Shown here piece after piece: positions 1 through 14,273 of a DNA stretch of 64,000 bases. The DNA lies in assembly GCF_009914755.1 (NCBI RefSeq), contig NC_060926.1; one strand, 5' to 3'. The DNA comes from the human T2T-CHM13v2.0 reference genome, Homo sapiens. Both the position numbers and the translations under genes were made by a program. The notes beneath the pieces were generated by a model that had not been told where the DNA came from, did not search any database, and saw only the letters and a program-made list of their open reading frames with translations. Within the stretch, counting starts at the first letter, position 1. Every line of letters begins with the position of its first letter.

Positions 1-542
1 TCTAAATCATAAATGGGTATTTTAAACTCTAGAAGATGGTAAGGGTTTCTTTCTCTTTATACCCAAACTTCTGTTACCTTTGCCAAAGTTTTGAGAATAG
101 ACTCCCACAAAAACAAATGAGAACTTAAGCATATGTAGCAAAGCTTCCTGTTTATTTCTTCACATCCTCCATTCTTCAGTCAACACCACCAGGTACCTCC
201 CATGGCCCAGTCATCATGCTAGTTTGATTGTATATAAAAGGTTCTCCTGTTTAGCCATTTCTTTGCTATACAATTCAGTTTCACTTTTGAGTTCATCTTA
301 GATCCAGGGAGTATTTTATCAAAGAAGAGTGATGAAATCCTTTTATGGTTGTGTTCTAGAGGATACTGCCTCTAAATATTTTGAAATTAATTGGAATTTT
401 TACTGAGGCCAAGGACTTGATTGTTTCTTCGGTTTTACCTATTTGAATGACAGAATTTCCAGATGAACTGGATATGGAAGAAGGTGAAGAGAGGGAGGTA
501 TTCCTAGGACCACAAAATAAACTTTGAATATTTGAACATGTA

Positions 543-879
<337 letters not shown>

Positions 880-1199
880 CTACATCATACCAATTCATAA
901 ACTTTGCAGAAACTTAGAAGCATCTTTTTTATGTTGATGTAACATTTCATTTGAAAATATATGTAACGTACAAACTTAAATGTGATTTGAAGCTATATCA
1001 TTTCATTTCTTAGCAGAAATTCTGTAACCTTGTTCCCCAGAATTTGTAATAGATTTGTGCCATCTTAGTATGCTCTTCAGTCTTTTCCCGAAGAATTATT
1101 CACATCTGAGGTCTTAAACCTGGAGTACAAAACAGTGTTCCCAGAGTGATCTTTCTTCAGTGCACACTCTGTGGTGCCTCCCTCCTACCTGGAATCCTG

Positions 1200-1655
1200 C
1201 GGTGGCCCATTGCCTGCAGGGTAAATCTAGACTCCTTGGTACGTCCCTGCAGGCCTTCCCGGCTCTGCCTCATCACACCTTTCCTGCCTTGCGTCCTGCC
1301 ACCCGCACTCACCTGGAGCACAGCATTCACAGGCCTGGATGCCTTGTGCCCTTCTGACCTTTGTGGCTCTGTGGATGCTTTTCCCCAGCCCATAGTGCCC
1401 TCTTATCTGCCATCTGTGCTTACACGAAACCCAGCCTCTTCTAAGGTGTCTTCCTTGACACTCATCCCACGTTCCAGGTAGATTGAAGGACTAAAAACTC
1501 TTCCTTCTGTGTTCCGATGATATGCATATTTTAAGTATTTGTTTGCATATCCATCTACCCTCCCATACTTCTGTCTCCAGAAAAGCAGGAACCAGGCCCT
1601 ATTCCACTTTGTAACTTTAGCACCTGGCCCATAGAAAGCACTTAAATGTTCCTTA
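1200..1655 (+). mobile_element. L2 3'-end fragment
   Basis: Degenerate L2-like sequence ending ...gcacctggcccatagaaagcacttaaatgtt. Confidence 0.5.
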
Positions 1656-1828
1656 AGTGAATTAACCACATCGTAAATACTTAATGACCACAGAGAGAAT
1701 TTCAAGACACAAATGGGAGGAGAATGAGGGAAAAGGAAGCTTTGGCCAAAGAATATTCTCATTAGCAGAAACAGTTATATGTGTTTGTGACCTTGGTTGT
1801 TTTTCATCAGTGTTACATTCTTCACTAG

Positions 1829-1973
1829 GTATGGAGATTACTATGTGTGGAATAAAGTCACCACTTGCATACACAACATCCTCAGTGGGAGAAGATGGAT
1901 AGAACATTATGGAGAAGTAACCATCAGAAATACCAAAAGCAGTGTTTGCATTTGCAAACTCACATTTGTCAAG
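1829..1973 (+). CDS. OSBPL6: OSBPL6 (ORP6) coding exon, oxysterol-binding (ORD) domain
   Basis: ttcactAG|G acceptor and AAG|gtaaat donor; 145 nt encoding [48 protein letters not shown], typical ORD sequence; frame joins the next exon. Confidence 0.97.
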
Positions 1974-3892
1974 GTAAATACTATCATACAACAGTAAAGG
2001 AAAATGAGTATAAAATGCTTCTTAAAGAAGAAATAGAATAATCACCTTAAATAGCAGCAAGTGAATCTGTCCTGTATCATTGGTCCTTACGGACATTTTA
2101 GATAAGAAAGCAGAACAAACTGATAGAGTTTCTCAAGGCATGCAAGTTTCTGAACATATGGAGGTCAAAAAAGGCATCATCTAAAACAGAAAAAAAACAC
2201 ATGTCTTTTTAAAGAATTTTCTTTTGAAGTAGCCAGTCAGTTGTTCACTAAGTAAAATTCCAGAAAACACTTCTTGACTATAAATCTTCTGGTTTATATT
2301 TCTGTTTCTCTTCCTGCTTGATATGTGTTCAAGTGATCTGAATTTCGGGAACTCATTATAATGTTGTCATTTTCTGAAGACACTTGATGTAGTCATGTAG
2401 ATGATCACCACCAGTCAGTACACGCTTATCCAACCCTGCCACTGTTATAATTCAAATAAGTTCAACAGGAAAAATTAGCCTCATTAACAAGAAAATATGT
2501 TGGGATAGAAACGCCCAAAAAGCACCATTTTCCCTCAGTTTCTCTGGTCTGAAGTGGAACATTCAGTATCACTGCCGTGTTTGTTTGGATGTGCTACAGA
2601 ATTCAACATAGTATAGAAACCCCACCCAGCTACCATACCTGTTCAATTCATGATCCCATTCTAATATGGTAAACAGGTAACATATTGGAGTCTTAAGACT
2701 CTAATATTTTCTTTTCTCAGTTAAATCCTTTTAAGCCATATTGGAAGGTTGTATTTATTTTAATTGAGTGTCTTTATTTTAGCCCAAAATGTTTTCACTA
2801 CCTTTTTTCTTAGAGACTCGTAAGGTACCTAGAACTGAAGAGCCAAGATCACTATGTGCTCTGGCTGGGTGATGATGTAAATATGTACATTTGGCTTTGT
2901 AGGCTATGAGAAGCTGCAGTGCAGTCCTGTCTCTAACACTTGCAGAGCCTGTATAATTAACTAAAATATGTAAATCAAGTCTGTAAGCTATAAAATAGAA
3001 TATGCTCTATTTCTTTGCCTTGACAAATACACTTTTTATAACAAAGCCTGTGAGGCCAGGTTGGACCCTTCAGAACTCTGTGCTGTAACCCTGGCAATGT
3101 AGGACAGCCAGTCCTGGCCCACGGCCTTCCCTACTTTCTTCCCACCTCTGGCTCTGTTTTGACTGCAAGGGGCCTCATACACACATATACAGGCAGGCCA
3201 GCCCACACATCTAAGCTCTGTTCACACCCCCACAAACAACCACCCTTGGCCACTCTTCAGACCTAAAGGTGCACACGCTGGTGGGTGGTCTGCCCTTGGG
3301 TGCATGAATCCAAGGAAAAGGGCCTTGCCAGCTGTGGAATAACCTTGGAGCTACTTGGACAAGGAATTCTAGGGTCCTGTATACTTGGGGCCTGATCTGG
3401 AAGGGGAATCATGGGGTAGGCAAACTCCCATAGACTTCTTATCCCTTGGGAAGGAGTATGGCTGGAAGGGCCACTTGAGGGCCCTCCTCATAAAATTTGG
3501 CCATTTATAGATACTATGAAAATTATTTCACAAACAATTTCTGCAGCATGGCCAATTGAAATTTATTAAAATCCATGAGCAAGAGGAAAATTCAAAACAA
3601 GAGGAAAAAAAATTGCTAGCTTAGAAATTAATATTAGGTTCTTGGGATAGAAGCTGAGCCTTCTCTGTGATATACTACCATGTTATGCGTGGAATAGAGA
3701 CCATCCCTTTCTTGAAAGTTAAGCTAACTCTTAGAAAGCCAGCCCTCCATATAAAACGTTTTGAGATTTCTGTATTTCTGAAAATGGTTTGAATAAGGGA
3801 CTTCAAGGCTAAGAAATTTTTCTATATGGAAAATACAGGGAATGATGTTATTAAAGCCATCAAATGTCACAATTGGGGTTTGGTTTTTCCAG

Positions 3893-4037
3893 GTGAATTA
3901 TTGGAATTCTAACATGAATGAAGTCCAGGGGGTGGTGATAGATCAGGAGGGGAAGGCGGTGTACCGGCTGTTTGGAAAGTGGCATGAAGGACTCTACTGT
4001 GGTGTGGCCCCCTCTGCAAAGTGCATTTGGAGACCAG
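3893..4037 (+). CDS. OSBPL6: OSBPL6 coding exon (ORD)
   Basis: tttttccAG acceptor and CAG|gtgaga donor; 145 nt encoding VNYWNSNMNEVQGVVIDQEGKAVYRLFGKWHEGLYCGVAPSAKCIWRP(G). Confidence 0.97.
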
Positions 4038-5231
4038 GTGAGAGTGGCCTGAGTGTTCTGCCAACAGGAGGGCACTATGGACAACAGAAGGGAAGAGAAC
4101 ATCAGGTCATCTTATGCAACTCACATTATGTTTCCTTTAAGAGTGAGATTAAAAGCGTAGATGCTTATGGCAATTATAGTTACATTCATACTTAACATAG
4201 AAGTTATACATAAGCCCCAATATTTGATATTTCATAATAAAGAATGTAGGCCAAATCTCTGACAGGCAGTCAGAGATTGGGCTTCATGAAAAATTGCTCA
4301 AAGTGTAATGCCTACATTTGAAAAGCTAGGTATATTTATTAAAGACTTTAGATAATTGAAGTATACAAACTTAAAACCTTACTCATGTTATTTATTCTCT
4401 GCTTTAATAAAACAAAGACTACAAACATTTGTAATCCACAAATTCAATAACTCACCAGAATAAGTAATCTTTTCACTTGAGCCTCAAGAGACAGCAATAT
4501 GTTGACATTTAATAAAAGACATCAAAAGAGTTCTGATAACACATTAGCTTATGATTGAATATCAAGTATAAATGGAACAAGTATCCACATGACATTTATT
4601 GTCACTGGAATTTTGTCAGTTAATCCCTAACTAAAATTAGTTGTTAGTTTCCTAAGAGACATCAATGAGTATTTAAATTTCCCGCTAGTAGAGTGGCTAG
4701 CTTATTCATTCCGCAACTATTTATTGAGTGCTGGCTGTACATCAGGCTTTATTCCAGGAGCTCGGGATACGTCAATGAGCAAGACATACAAAGATCCTGC
4801 CTTCAAGTTTAGTTAAAAAGTGGCAAAAAATATTAATTTAGGTCTGCATATTTTTCTTTTCTAAAAGGAAGCAAACAAGTGTTTCTGGTGTACTCTTAAT
4901 GTTCATAGTTAATTGCCATAGTATTTAGTTAACCAATTGAATATTCAAGAGAAATATTATGGAGTAGTTTAGCTAATGAAGACTACTATATGTGCAGTTT
5001 TGTTTGAAAGACAGGATTGTATTAAATATATGAATCTGTCAATTCTGATCATCAACACAAAGTTTCCTACCTAGGAATACCACCAATTTAATTCACTTGA
5101 AAAAATCTATAATCTTGTGTTTATGACTACAAATTTGGTGTTAGTGTAGGTACTAAGTACTAGGGTAAGTCAGCTTCTTCCAGTTCCATAAACCTTCTGC
5201 CTCTCACAGTGGTTCATTGGCCTCTTTCCAG

Positions 5232-5358
5232 GTTCCATGCCAACAAACTATGAGCTGTACTATGGCTTCACAAGGTTTGCTATTGAGCTCAATGAGTTAG
5301 ATCCAGTACTAAAAGATCTCCTTCCACCAACAGACGCCCGGTTCCGGCCAGATCAAAG
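5232..5358 (+). CDS. OSBPL6: OSBPL6 coding exon (ORD)
   Basis: ctttccAG acceptor and AAG|gtgagg donor; 127 nt encoding [41 protein letters not shown](R), containing the conserved ORP motif LPPTDxRFRPD; missed by the ORF track. Confidence 0.97.
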
Positions 5359-5393
5359 GTGAGGATGGCAGTGGTATTTAATATGCAGACTAT

Positions 5394-5725
<332 letters not shown>

Positions 5726-6918
5726 TCATTGTGACTTATTTTTACTACCATCATGTATTTTTATTCAATCCTTTCTCCATTCCCTTATTCACTCAGCAAT
5801 ATTTGAGTTTTCTATGCCAGGAAAAGCAGTATTCATAGAATGATCATAACAGATTATCTCAGCACATAGTTCCCCACAGAAGATAAGATAACAGAGATAT
5901 TTTTTAACAAAGTTTCTCCCTCCCCCTAAAATTTACCAAAGGTCTGTAAATTTGTGAACTCTTTCTTAAATATATAATCAGTCCTCACCCAGTGTTTCTG
6001 ACCTTTTTACTTCTATAACTCTGTAACATGGAGTATCTTTTAAACTGAAGAATAATAGGATAAGTTACAGGGGAACTCAGAAATGCTTTGAGTGCAAGTC
6101 TGCAATTTGCCCAATGTGGTTTTGATCCCACAGAGTATGAGATATACTCAAAATACAGTACCTTTAATACCTTCTGATTCTTAGTTTTTTATTCTTATGT
6201 AGCTCTGAACTCATGATGTCCATTCCTATGGAATTCATTTTACTTTTCCCAAAAATTCTATATGCCATACAAATTCCACTCAAGATCAATTTTCTGTTTC
6301 CCATGTATTTGTGGCTTTATCTGCCATCTGCCAAAATGCTCTCAGTTTTGAATGTTCCACTATTTAATTCTCTTCTATTTTGCCCTCTCTCTCTAGAACA
6401 TGTTGTCTTGCTATTTGACATTCAAATTTATTAATAAACTTCCTGTACAATGTATAGCATATTATATTCCTGTTCTTTGCTCTCATTTTGAAATGTAAGC
6501 ATTTGTAAGTCACCATTCAGTCTGCTTTTTCCTTCTCAATTCTATTTCAGTGTTCCTTTTCTGAATTTCATTTACTATTCATTTCACATTCTGTGGCCTT
6601 TTGTAATTTTCCCCATTACCTTTTCTTTTCTCATCAGTTTTGCCCTCTCCAGTAAAACAGGAAAGCTCCTTCCCTCTCAGCCTGTTCTCAAAATAGACGG
6701 AGAATAGCCAGTTACCATCCTCCATTCTATGGCCTTTTAGCAAAAGCTTTCTGATAATATAGAAAAGGAACATGGCTATGACTTCACGCTCTTCTCACCC
6801 TGGACTCTGCAGTTGTCCTGAAAATCTCAAGTTATAGAACCCTAGACAGCATAGAAAAGTCTTCAAGGCCAAACCACCCACCTTTCACTGATATTGCTGA
6901 TTATAATAATTCAGTTCA

Positions 6919-7017
<99 letters not shown>

Positions 7018-7132
7018 TTACTGTGCGGTATTTTATGTTCATAGCAATTAGAAAACAATTTTGTGCAAATGAGGTTTTTTTTCCCCCAGAAAAGAGGATA
7101 ATATGTTAAAATATCAACTGCTTTCTGCTTAG

Positions 7133-7255
7133 ATTTTTGGAAGAAGGAAATTTAGAAGCTGCAGCATCAGAGAAGCAAAGAGTAGAGGAACTCCAGAGAT
7201 CTCGGAGACGATATATGGAAGAAAACAATCTTGAACATATACCAAAATTTTTTAA
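7133..7255 (+). CDS. OSBPL6: OSBPL6 coding exon (ORD C-terminal helix)
   Basis: ctgcttAG acceptor and TAA|gtaagt donor; 123 nt encoding FLEEGNLEAAASEKQRVEELQRSRRRYMEENNLEHIPKFF(K), with the EKxRxEExQR motif of ORPs. Confidence 0.97.
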
Positions 7256-8270
7256 GTAAGTCAGTTAACTCCCATAGCAAGTTCATGTTTTGCAAATGGT
7301 TGCCACAGGCCATGAGAAACTCCAGTTAAATGAAAATAAAATGGGTAAATGGATTTTGGTATCTTTGCTTTTGGCAGTGAAAATATTGAATCGATTTTGC
7401 ACTTATGAAAAGTTAGTAACTATAAAAAGAAATTTTTTCTACAGCTCTTCTCTTTTCATGGGCAGCAGAAAAGAGTGAGCATCCTGCCCAGAAGGCTCTT
7501 TGTCCTTCAGCTGCACTCTTTAGAATGGTGGAAACTGGTTCCCACTCCCTTAGCCAGGGACTGAACCAGACCCCACTGCCCACAAGATCATCCTGGCTTT
7601 TATTAGGATTTCATTTTATTTCTATCACACAAAGCTTGTGTGTGTTTAGATTTGGTCTCTCTGTGGTATGATAGTAGGTGATTATTACAGGATTATTTGC
7701 AGGATTATATATACATCACACAGATTAATCTGAGGTTTCCAAATGCATCTGTTGCCCTCCAGAGCCAGGACAAAAAGCTCAGGGTAACCTTATCTCCTTT
7801 AGACTTGTCCTGTCATTACTGCCCTGGGGTAGAAATGCAGCCTTGCCCTTCAGATGTCTAAAATGTGCTCCTTGGACATGGGCCCAGTAGGGGCTCTTAG
7901 AGCTACTGATATTGCATACTTTTAGTGAAGGAGAAAGGATTCTTGTGGGTCTGGGACCTGAAGCTCTTAGTTACAGTATTTGTATATGCTTTATTGGGGG
8001 CTATTTACTTTTTACCCCTGCCAGGAGGTAATTTGTTCCTGCCCTGAGTTCCTCTCCCCCTGGCCCTACCTACTTCCATTTCACACATTTAACAACAAAA
8101 ATGACTTCACTTCCAGTCAAAAATAGTCACATCATCAGTAGCTAGCAGATAAGATACTAACTGGCTTACAAACACTGCTTATATGTCCATGTCTAATCTA
8201 TAGGAGAGGGTCCTATTTAAGGTTACCTTGATGTGATTCATGACTAATGTTGATGTTTATATTTTCACAG

Positions 8271-8379
8271 AAAAGTTATTGATGCCAATCAAAGAGAAGC
8301 CTGGGTTTCTAACGACACCTACTGGGAGCTTCGAAAGGACCCTGGGTTTAGCAAAGTAGACAGCCCTGTTCTTTGGTAG
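8271..8379 (+). CDS. OSBPL6: OSBPL6 last coding exon
   Basis: ttttcacAG acceptor; encodes KVIDANQREAWVSNDTYWELRKDPGFSKVDSPVLW, stop TAG at 8377-8379; phase consistent across all five exons. Confidence 0.97.
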
Positions 8380-8589
8380 ACTGGGAATGTAGAGCTAGCC
8401 AACATATCACATTCTGAATGAATAAATAACTATGCACAATTATGTTTCTTATAGCTATGTGTGGTTTCTGGGTCGACTGAAAACCTACCATTTGCTTTTC
8501 TATTCATCTTTATAATGGACTTTCAGAAGTGCATTAGACAAGGCCCCTAACCACTTTGGGATCCTTTCTGTTTTGCTGCAACCATATTC

Positions 8590-8592
<3 letters not shown>

Positions 8593-8620
<28 letters not shown>
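8593..8620 (+). repeat. Genomic (A)28 homopolymer in OSBPL6 3'UTR
   Basis: 28 consecutive A with no adjacent Alu or L1 body. Confidence 0.95.
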
Positions 8621-8623
<3 letters not shown>

Positions 8624-10016
8624 ACACCGTCCTTGGAAAGCAGAATAAAAGGAGCAGAATATAAAATCCAAAGTCTGACCAGTTTGTAAAGAAAAACAAA
8701 TGGTAACTGGTGCTTAAAGCTGATCAAGAAAGTTAACAACAACATGGAAACCACACGATTGTTCCACTGTCTGGAAGCACCATCCCCTATCGCAGGACTC
8801 CTGGGCCACAAGCAGTCGGTCAGTGCAGACTTCAAGTGTGTCTGTTTGATGTGGTGTGATTGTGCTGGCCTTGTCGAAAAAGATGTGATGCTTCTCAGAA
8901 CCTGTTCCATCTGTATGCCATTGTTCATGCCTTAAGAAATGCAAAGATGTACAATAAATCATTTTTAAAATGTGTGCTCATAGGTTTATGTGAAGAACAG
9001 ATTTTTTGAATCATGGCATGATTCACTTTCTCAATCAGGACAATTATGAGACTAACTTAAATGGGTTTTTTAAAAGTGAACAACACGTGCTTTACTCTGA
9101 TAAGTCAGTTACCATATGGTATGTCTGAAGGGAAAGAAGGAAAAGACGTGCTAAGTAGATCTCTGTATTTACGTGGCTCGTTAATTTCCTGTCCTGCGTC
9201 CAGATAATAAACCATCCCTCTTCCACCTAACCTCACAGTGTGCCCTATTATTTGGAAAAATCTGTCTTTGATTTGGACATTTGGTCATCAGTGTTAAAAC
9301 CTTAAAAGGAAATAACAAAAAGCATATGGAATTCCTGTGTGGGCTTAGTAGTACTATAAATGTAATTGTTTTTGAGTGAAGCACCATGTAATCCATGTCT
9401 CAATCCCATGCCCGCTCCACTGACACTAGTCGAATTCCACTGAGAACAGAAGCAAGAATAATAGTAGTTTATTTGCATTGTTTAAATGAATTCTATGCAA
9501 AATCATATTTCAAATTTTCATCAAGTGATTCCATATGGTACATGGCTACATATTAAGCATTTACCTTGCTATTGGCAGAGATATGAAACTTAAGCTAAGG
9601 AATGTATCCATCCCAAAGCAGGAAAGCAGAAGTGTGTTTTGCATACTTCAGGATTTGTTTTTCCTCCACTAATATACAGAGGCTTTTGCAGAAAACTTGC
9701 ATCAGTATTCCTGTTTCTGCACGTAGGTGACTATATAAATGCCTGTATGTTTTTTTTAAAATATCTCCTCAGAGATTTTCCTAGGGAATTATAAAATTAC
9801 ATATATTTTATTGTTAGTTAGATGTTTATTCTTGGATTCTTACCATTAGAATTTAAGTGTTATTTAAAACTCTGATACAGTTACAGACACTTTACATTTT
9901 ATTATGAGGTGTTGATTTTAGTGGTATTTCTCCTCAGCAAAGCATTCCTAATAATGGCTAATACACCATCAAATGAAAAACTGCTGATGAGAGTGTAAGA
10001 GAAAGCGCTAACGTTT

Positions 10017-10030
10017 CCACTAGATGGCGC
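10017..10030 (+). promoter_or_regulatory. Candidate CTCF binding site
   Basis: CCACTAGATGGCGC fully matches the CTCF core CCASYAGRKGGCRS. Confidence 0.7.
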
Positions 10031-13000
10031 AATATTTTATTTATCCAAAACTCCTCCCTTGCATCTGAGTTTTTATGTTATGTGTACAGTCTGCATTAGC
10101 TTAGAATGGAATTTCATTCTCAGGTAAATTTTCGAATCCATCACCAGATCTAAGCATTCTGCTTCAACAATACCCTCTCTATTCCTCTCATTCCCATTTT
10201 AAATCCATAGGTGGCTTGCCCTGCGGCAGTAAAATCTTCCCCTTGATATTGATTCTTTTTCTGCTCATTCATCTTGATGTTCTTTTTCTGCATCCTGAGA
10301 TACATGTCGTTAATTTTAATAAGAATCCTATTGACTTCCTCACGGGAGTCTGTTCTCCTATGGTTGATAAAGCTTTAAATACTATTTAAAGTGGTTCTGG
10401 TCTGTACTTACTAGCACTTCCCTGAACAGTCTCAAAATAGCCTAAACATAAGAAAACAATCCTGCAAAGTAAAGGTTTTTACAAGCAGAGATGAAGGAAA
10501 GGGAGCAGCAGCTGACCATCAGATGTGGTATCAGGTAGCTGGAAGAGGATCCAGGACCCATCAGGGAAGCAACGACTGTACTTAGCAATTTGGGTTATAA
10601 TTACAAAAAAGAAAAAATAGTAGAAAGGATCTTTACCAGACAGTAAGGTCATGGTACAAATCAGGTGAGTGAATGTTGGTCAGAGGTAGCCTGACACTCT
10701 GATGAGGACTTCAAGATGAGAATGAGAAAAATGTCTATTAAAATCACTACATTTGATAATATCTCAGATTTAGAATCTCTTTTGGGATTCAGATAGTCTG
10801 ATTATTCCAATTCAAGTGTTCAGTTAAGTTTTAGTTACTATTCCTATAATACCCAATTCACTAATATCATATCTCCTGTGGAATATTCATTGGTGCGATG
10901 GCCTCATCCCCTTTTTTACTTTTTATTGACATGGTGGTTATAAAATGAAGAGACTTACTCTATTGGAATTTTCATCTACGTAGTATTTGGGCTGTCAAGA
11001 CTAAATAGCAAAAGGGTAGAATATTAGATCATTCTCTTAATAAGACCTGATTTATTCCTTAGGATGTTATACAAACCTTTTTATTTCAGGCCTACTTTCT
11101 TGTTTTTTCCTAAAAGGATCTAGGATAGAGGAGAACATAATATGCCTGTATACTTCTCCCATGGTTTATTCATAAGCTGCTTCATCTCATTGGAGATGGT
11201 CATTGAGGAGAGCAGTAATAAGTGACGATGATTCTGAGGACTTGGCTAGACTGAGCGGATCAATGGCACACACCAGCACTGGTAGAGGCTGACCAGAAGC
11301 TCATCGATTCCATATGCTGTCACCCAGGGTGCAGATTTACTCTCTTTTGCTGTTATTTTATTGTTTTTCTTAAATTAAGCCATTGTTTTTCATGGATTAT
11401 TTTTAAAATACCTACCCCATAATTTTCAGGCAATTGTAAAAATAAACCTTATTTAAGATAACTTTTAATGGTACATATCAACTATATGTGGGGAAAAAAT
11501 GCAATTTTCTGGGCAAGAGAAACCAAAGGATTTTCAATATATGAGATGCCAGGTTGTCAATTTTCTAAACCTTTTCCTCTAGATTATTCTGGCCCTAGGC
11601 CTTTCAGCAACCCCACTAATCAATTATTAGATCCTGCCCCAAGGAGCAGTGGCTTGGGGGCTGGATTTAGGGAGGAAAACCTGATTAAACTGTTTTGCTT
11701 AGTACTGGTTACAGCTGTAGCTGGAGAAGAGTTTATAATCATAAAGTACATTTTTGTTATTACCTTGTGGATTTTAATTATCCATCTTGTCTAATCTTGT
11801 TCTCTGTCATCCTAGATAATGAGGTGTTTGTGGGAGCAGAGCTCTGCACACACCAGGGGATGTAATAAATGTTTGCACTTGGCCCAGTATATTATGAATG
11901 TGGCACAGTAAATAAAGTTTGTGTACAAAATACTAGTTTATTTCTATGGGAGCCATTATGTTCAGGATATATAAAATGTATCTAATTAAACAATTTTGAA
12001 TCTATTTTGTGCTCTAGAAATGTTCTTTTGGGGAAAGATGGAAAGAAATGTATAAATGGAGTTAAGATTAAAGTATTTGGGGTTTTTTTTCCCCAAAAGC
12101 TTCCCAGTTGTTTAGAAATAATACTATCCAAAGTAGGATTCGGTCCTGTAAGTCCTAACTGAATTTCTTTTGTAAAACTGATACGTTTAAACTGTACATT
12201 GCATAATCATTCTGTTAAACTAAACCTTTGTTTAATACATAATTGTAAGAGCATATATTTGTTATTGAATTGAAAGACTTTTTTTGTAGCTTTTGCTTTT
12301 AAAGAAGATGGCAAATTATCTAAGAAAGACTTAGCTTTATTACGTCCAAAATGAGATCTAAAGAAGGAGGTCTTTAAAAATTGTTGTGATGGACCAACAT
12401 GTCCAACATCTTAAGCAAATGAAGCTTCATGATTAAGGCAGCTTACAGATAAGTGGAAAAGAACTTACCTGTCATATGCATCCTTTTGTTTTCCAAAACA
12501 ACATCTGATTTAGTTCATTTTCTCCAGCCTTGCTCCTAACATAGTGAAAGGCATAGATACACATGTATGTTCTTTTACACTGTGTCATTGTTTGTAAAAT
12601 ATACAGTATTTATGTACAGTTTCAGAGACATTCAATATTGAAAACCACTTCAGTTAGCCTCCTAGTGAATACTATTAATTTTTCATGGATTACATATTAC
12701 CATATTACCCCATAAATACATTTTATTAGTTACTTTGGTATCTTCAAATTGGTAAGAAAAAAACATAAAACAAAAATGTTCTTATTTTCTGCAATTTTTT
12801 TTTCTAGCCATTCCTTCCTCCCAAATAGAAGTGAGGGCAATTGTAGAGAGAGGAATATTAAGTTTTCATAAAGCAAAGTATCATCTTATTTGTGTTCCAC
12901 CTGTTTCTTCTAACACTTAATTCATAAAGTGAGCAATTGAACTTCTTAATACTGTTAGAGAATATGCTAGAACTATTACTTCTTTTATCTTAGACACCCA

Positions 13001-13049
13001 CTTTCCCTTAATTCTCATCTATTTAGTTTTTTAATAAAATTGTTGCTAG

Positions 13050-13404
<355 letters not shown>

Positions 13405-13409
13405 ACTCA

Positions 13410-13615
13410 AGTTCTTTTTAAAGCTTGATTAAGGTATAACCGACATATAATACACTTCGCATATTTGAACAGTACTTGATACAGTTTGATGTATGTATAT
13501 ACCCTTGACATAATCAAAATAGTGAACATATCTATCATCCCCAAAAGTTTCCCCTGCCCCTTTGTAATCCTTCCCCATCCTCTATCCTGAGGCAACCATT
13601 GATCTGCTTTTATTA
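13410..13615 (-). mobile_element. Old L1 (L1M) 3'-end fragment
   Basis: ...atctatcatccccaaaagtttcccctgcccctttg...ggcaaccattgatctgcttt, typical reverse-strand L1M 3'UTR. Confidence 0.65.
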
Positions 13616-14273
13616 TTTTTAAAAGTTAGCGTATTTTCTTATATGTATTGCATATGGGATTTTTCTAGAAGGCCACGTGCATATGCACCCTCCCCTTCCA
13701 TTACCCCAGTATCCGCCATCAAGTAGTAACATGTTGTAACAGAAAGAATCCCATTAAGTCCTAGTTCTGGTAGCCCGGTACAAATTTTAGATTTTCCCCC
13801 AAAAATGAAAAAAAATTATTTAAAAAATTTAGATTTGAAATGCTTAGAAAACAATCATTTATTTTTTTATGTCAAAATGTCCAAGTAAATTAATGGATTA
13901 ATTTCCATGCTTCTGGTGATGTAACACCACTTGGTGGTGGCGCTGAGGAAACCCTGGGAAGTGTTTTTCTCTTCTGTGTAATGAAAGACTCACTGACAAA
14001 GCCGTCGGTATCCAGAATGACTGCTCTTGAAATGATATTTTGATGATGATGATCAGGGAAGTAGCCTATGCTGATTTATTTATCATCCCCCCACCCCAAC
14101 CCCACTTTTGTGTCACAAACATTTGAAACACCCAGTGCTCAAGAATGCTGCTTTTCCAATTCTGCTAATATCCTCTCTCCCCATCTGGAAACAAAGTTAC
14201 TAAACCTAGTTTTGAAAAAGCAATGGAAATGAAAGTGTCCAGTGAACTTACTGGCAGTTGTGCAAGTTGAAAG

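Larger units (their letters stand above)
8380..12240 (+). other. OSBPL6: OSBPL6 3'UTR (3' end approximate)
   Basis: Repeat-poor AT-rich stretch after the stop; AATAAA at 8421, 8644, 8953, 11864 and 11911; exact cleavage site cannot be determined from sequence. Confidence 0.6.

Noticed and set aside
8500-8962. 142-aa and 82-aa antisense ORFs over the OSBPL6 3'UTR
   Set aside because: The poly-F run comes from the A28 tract; no coding signature or splice support
9425-9438. ACTAGTCGAATTCC, polylinker-like SpeI/EcoRI cluster
   Set aside because: Only 14 bp with no other vector sequence; consistent with chance in the 3'UTR
13925-13944. CTCF-like CCACCAAGTGGTG (reverse strand), and CCACCAGGGGGATC at 30581
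   Set aside because: Mismatches at core positions; much weaker than the 10017 site
14041-14075. TGATGA...CTGA C/D-box-like motifs (also at ~11227-11255)
   Set aside because: Boxes only ~20-30 nt apart, no terminal stem, not intronic
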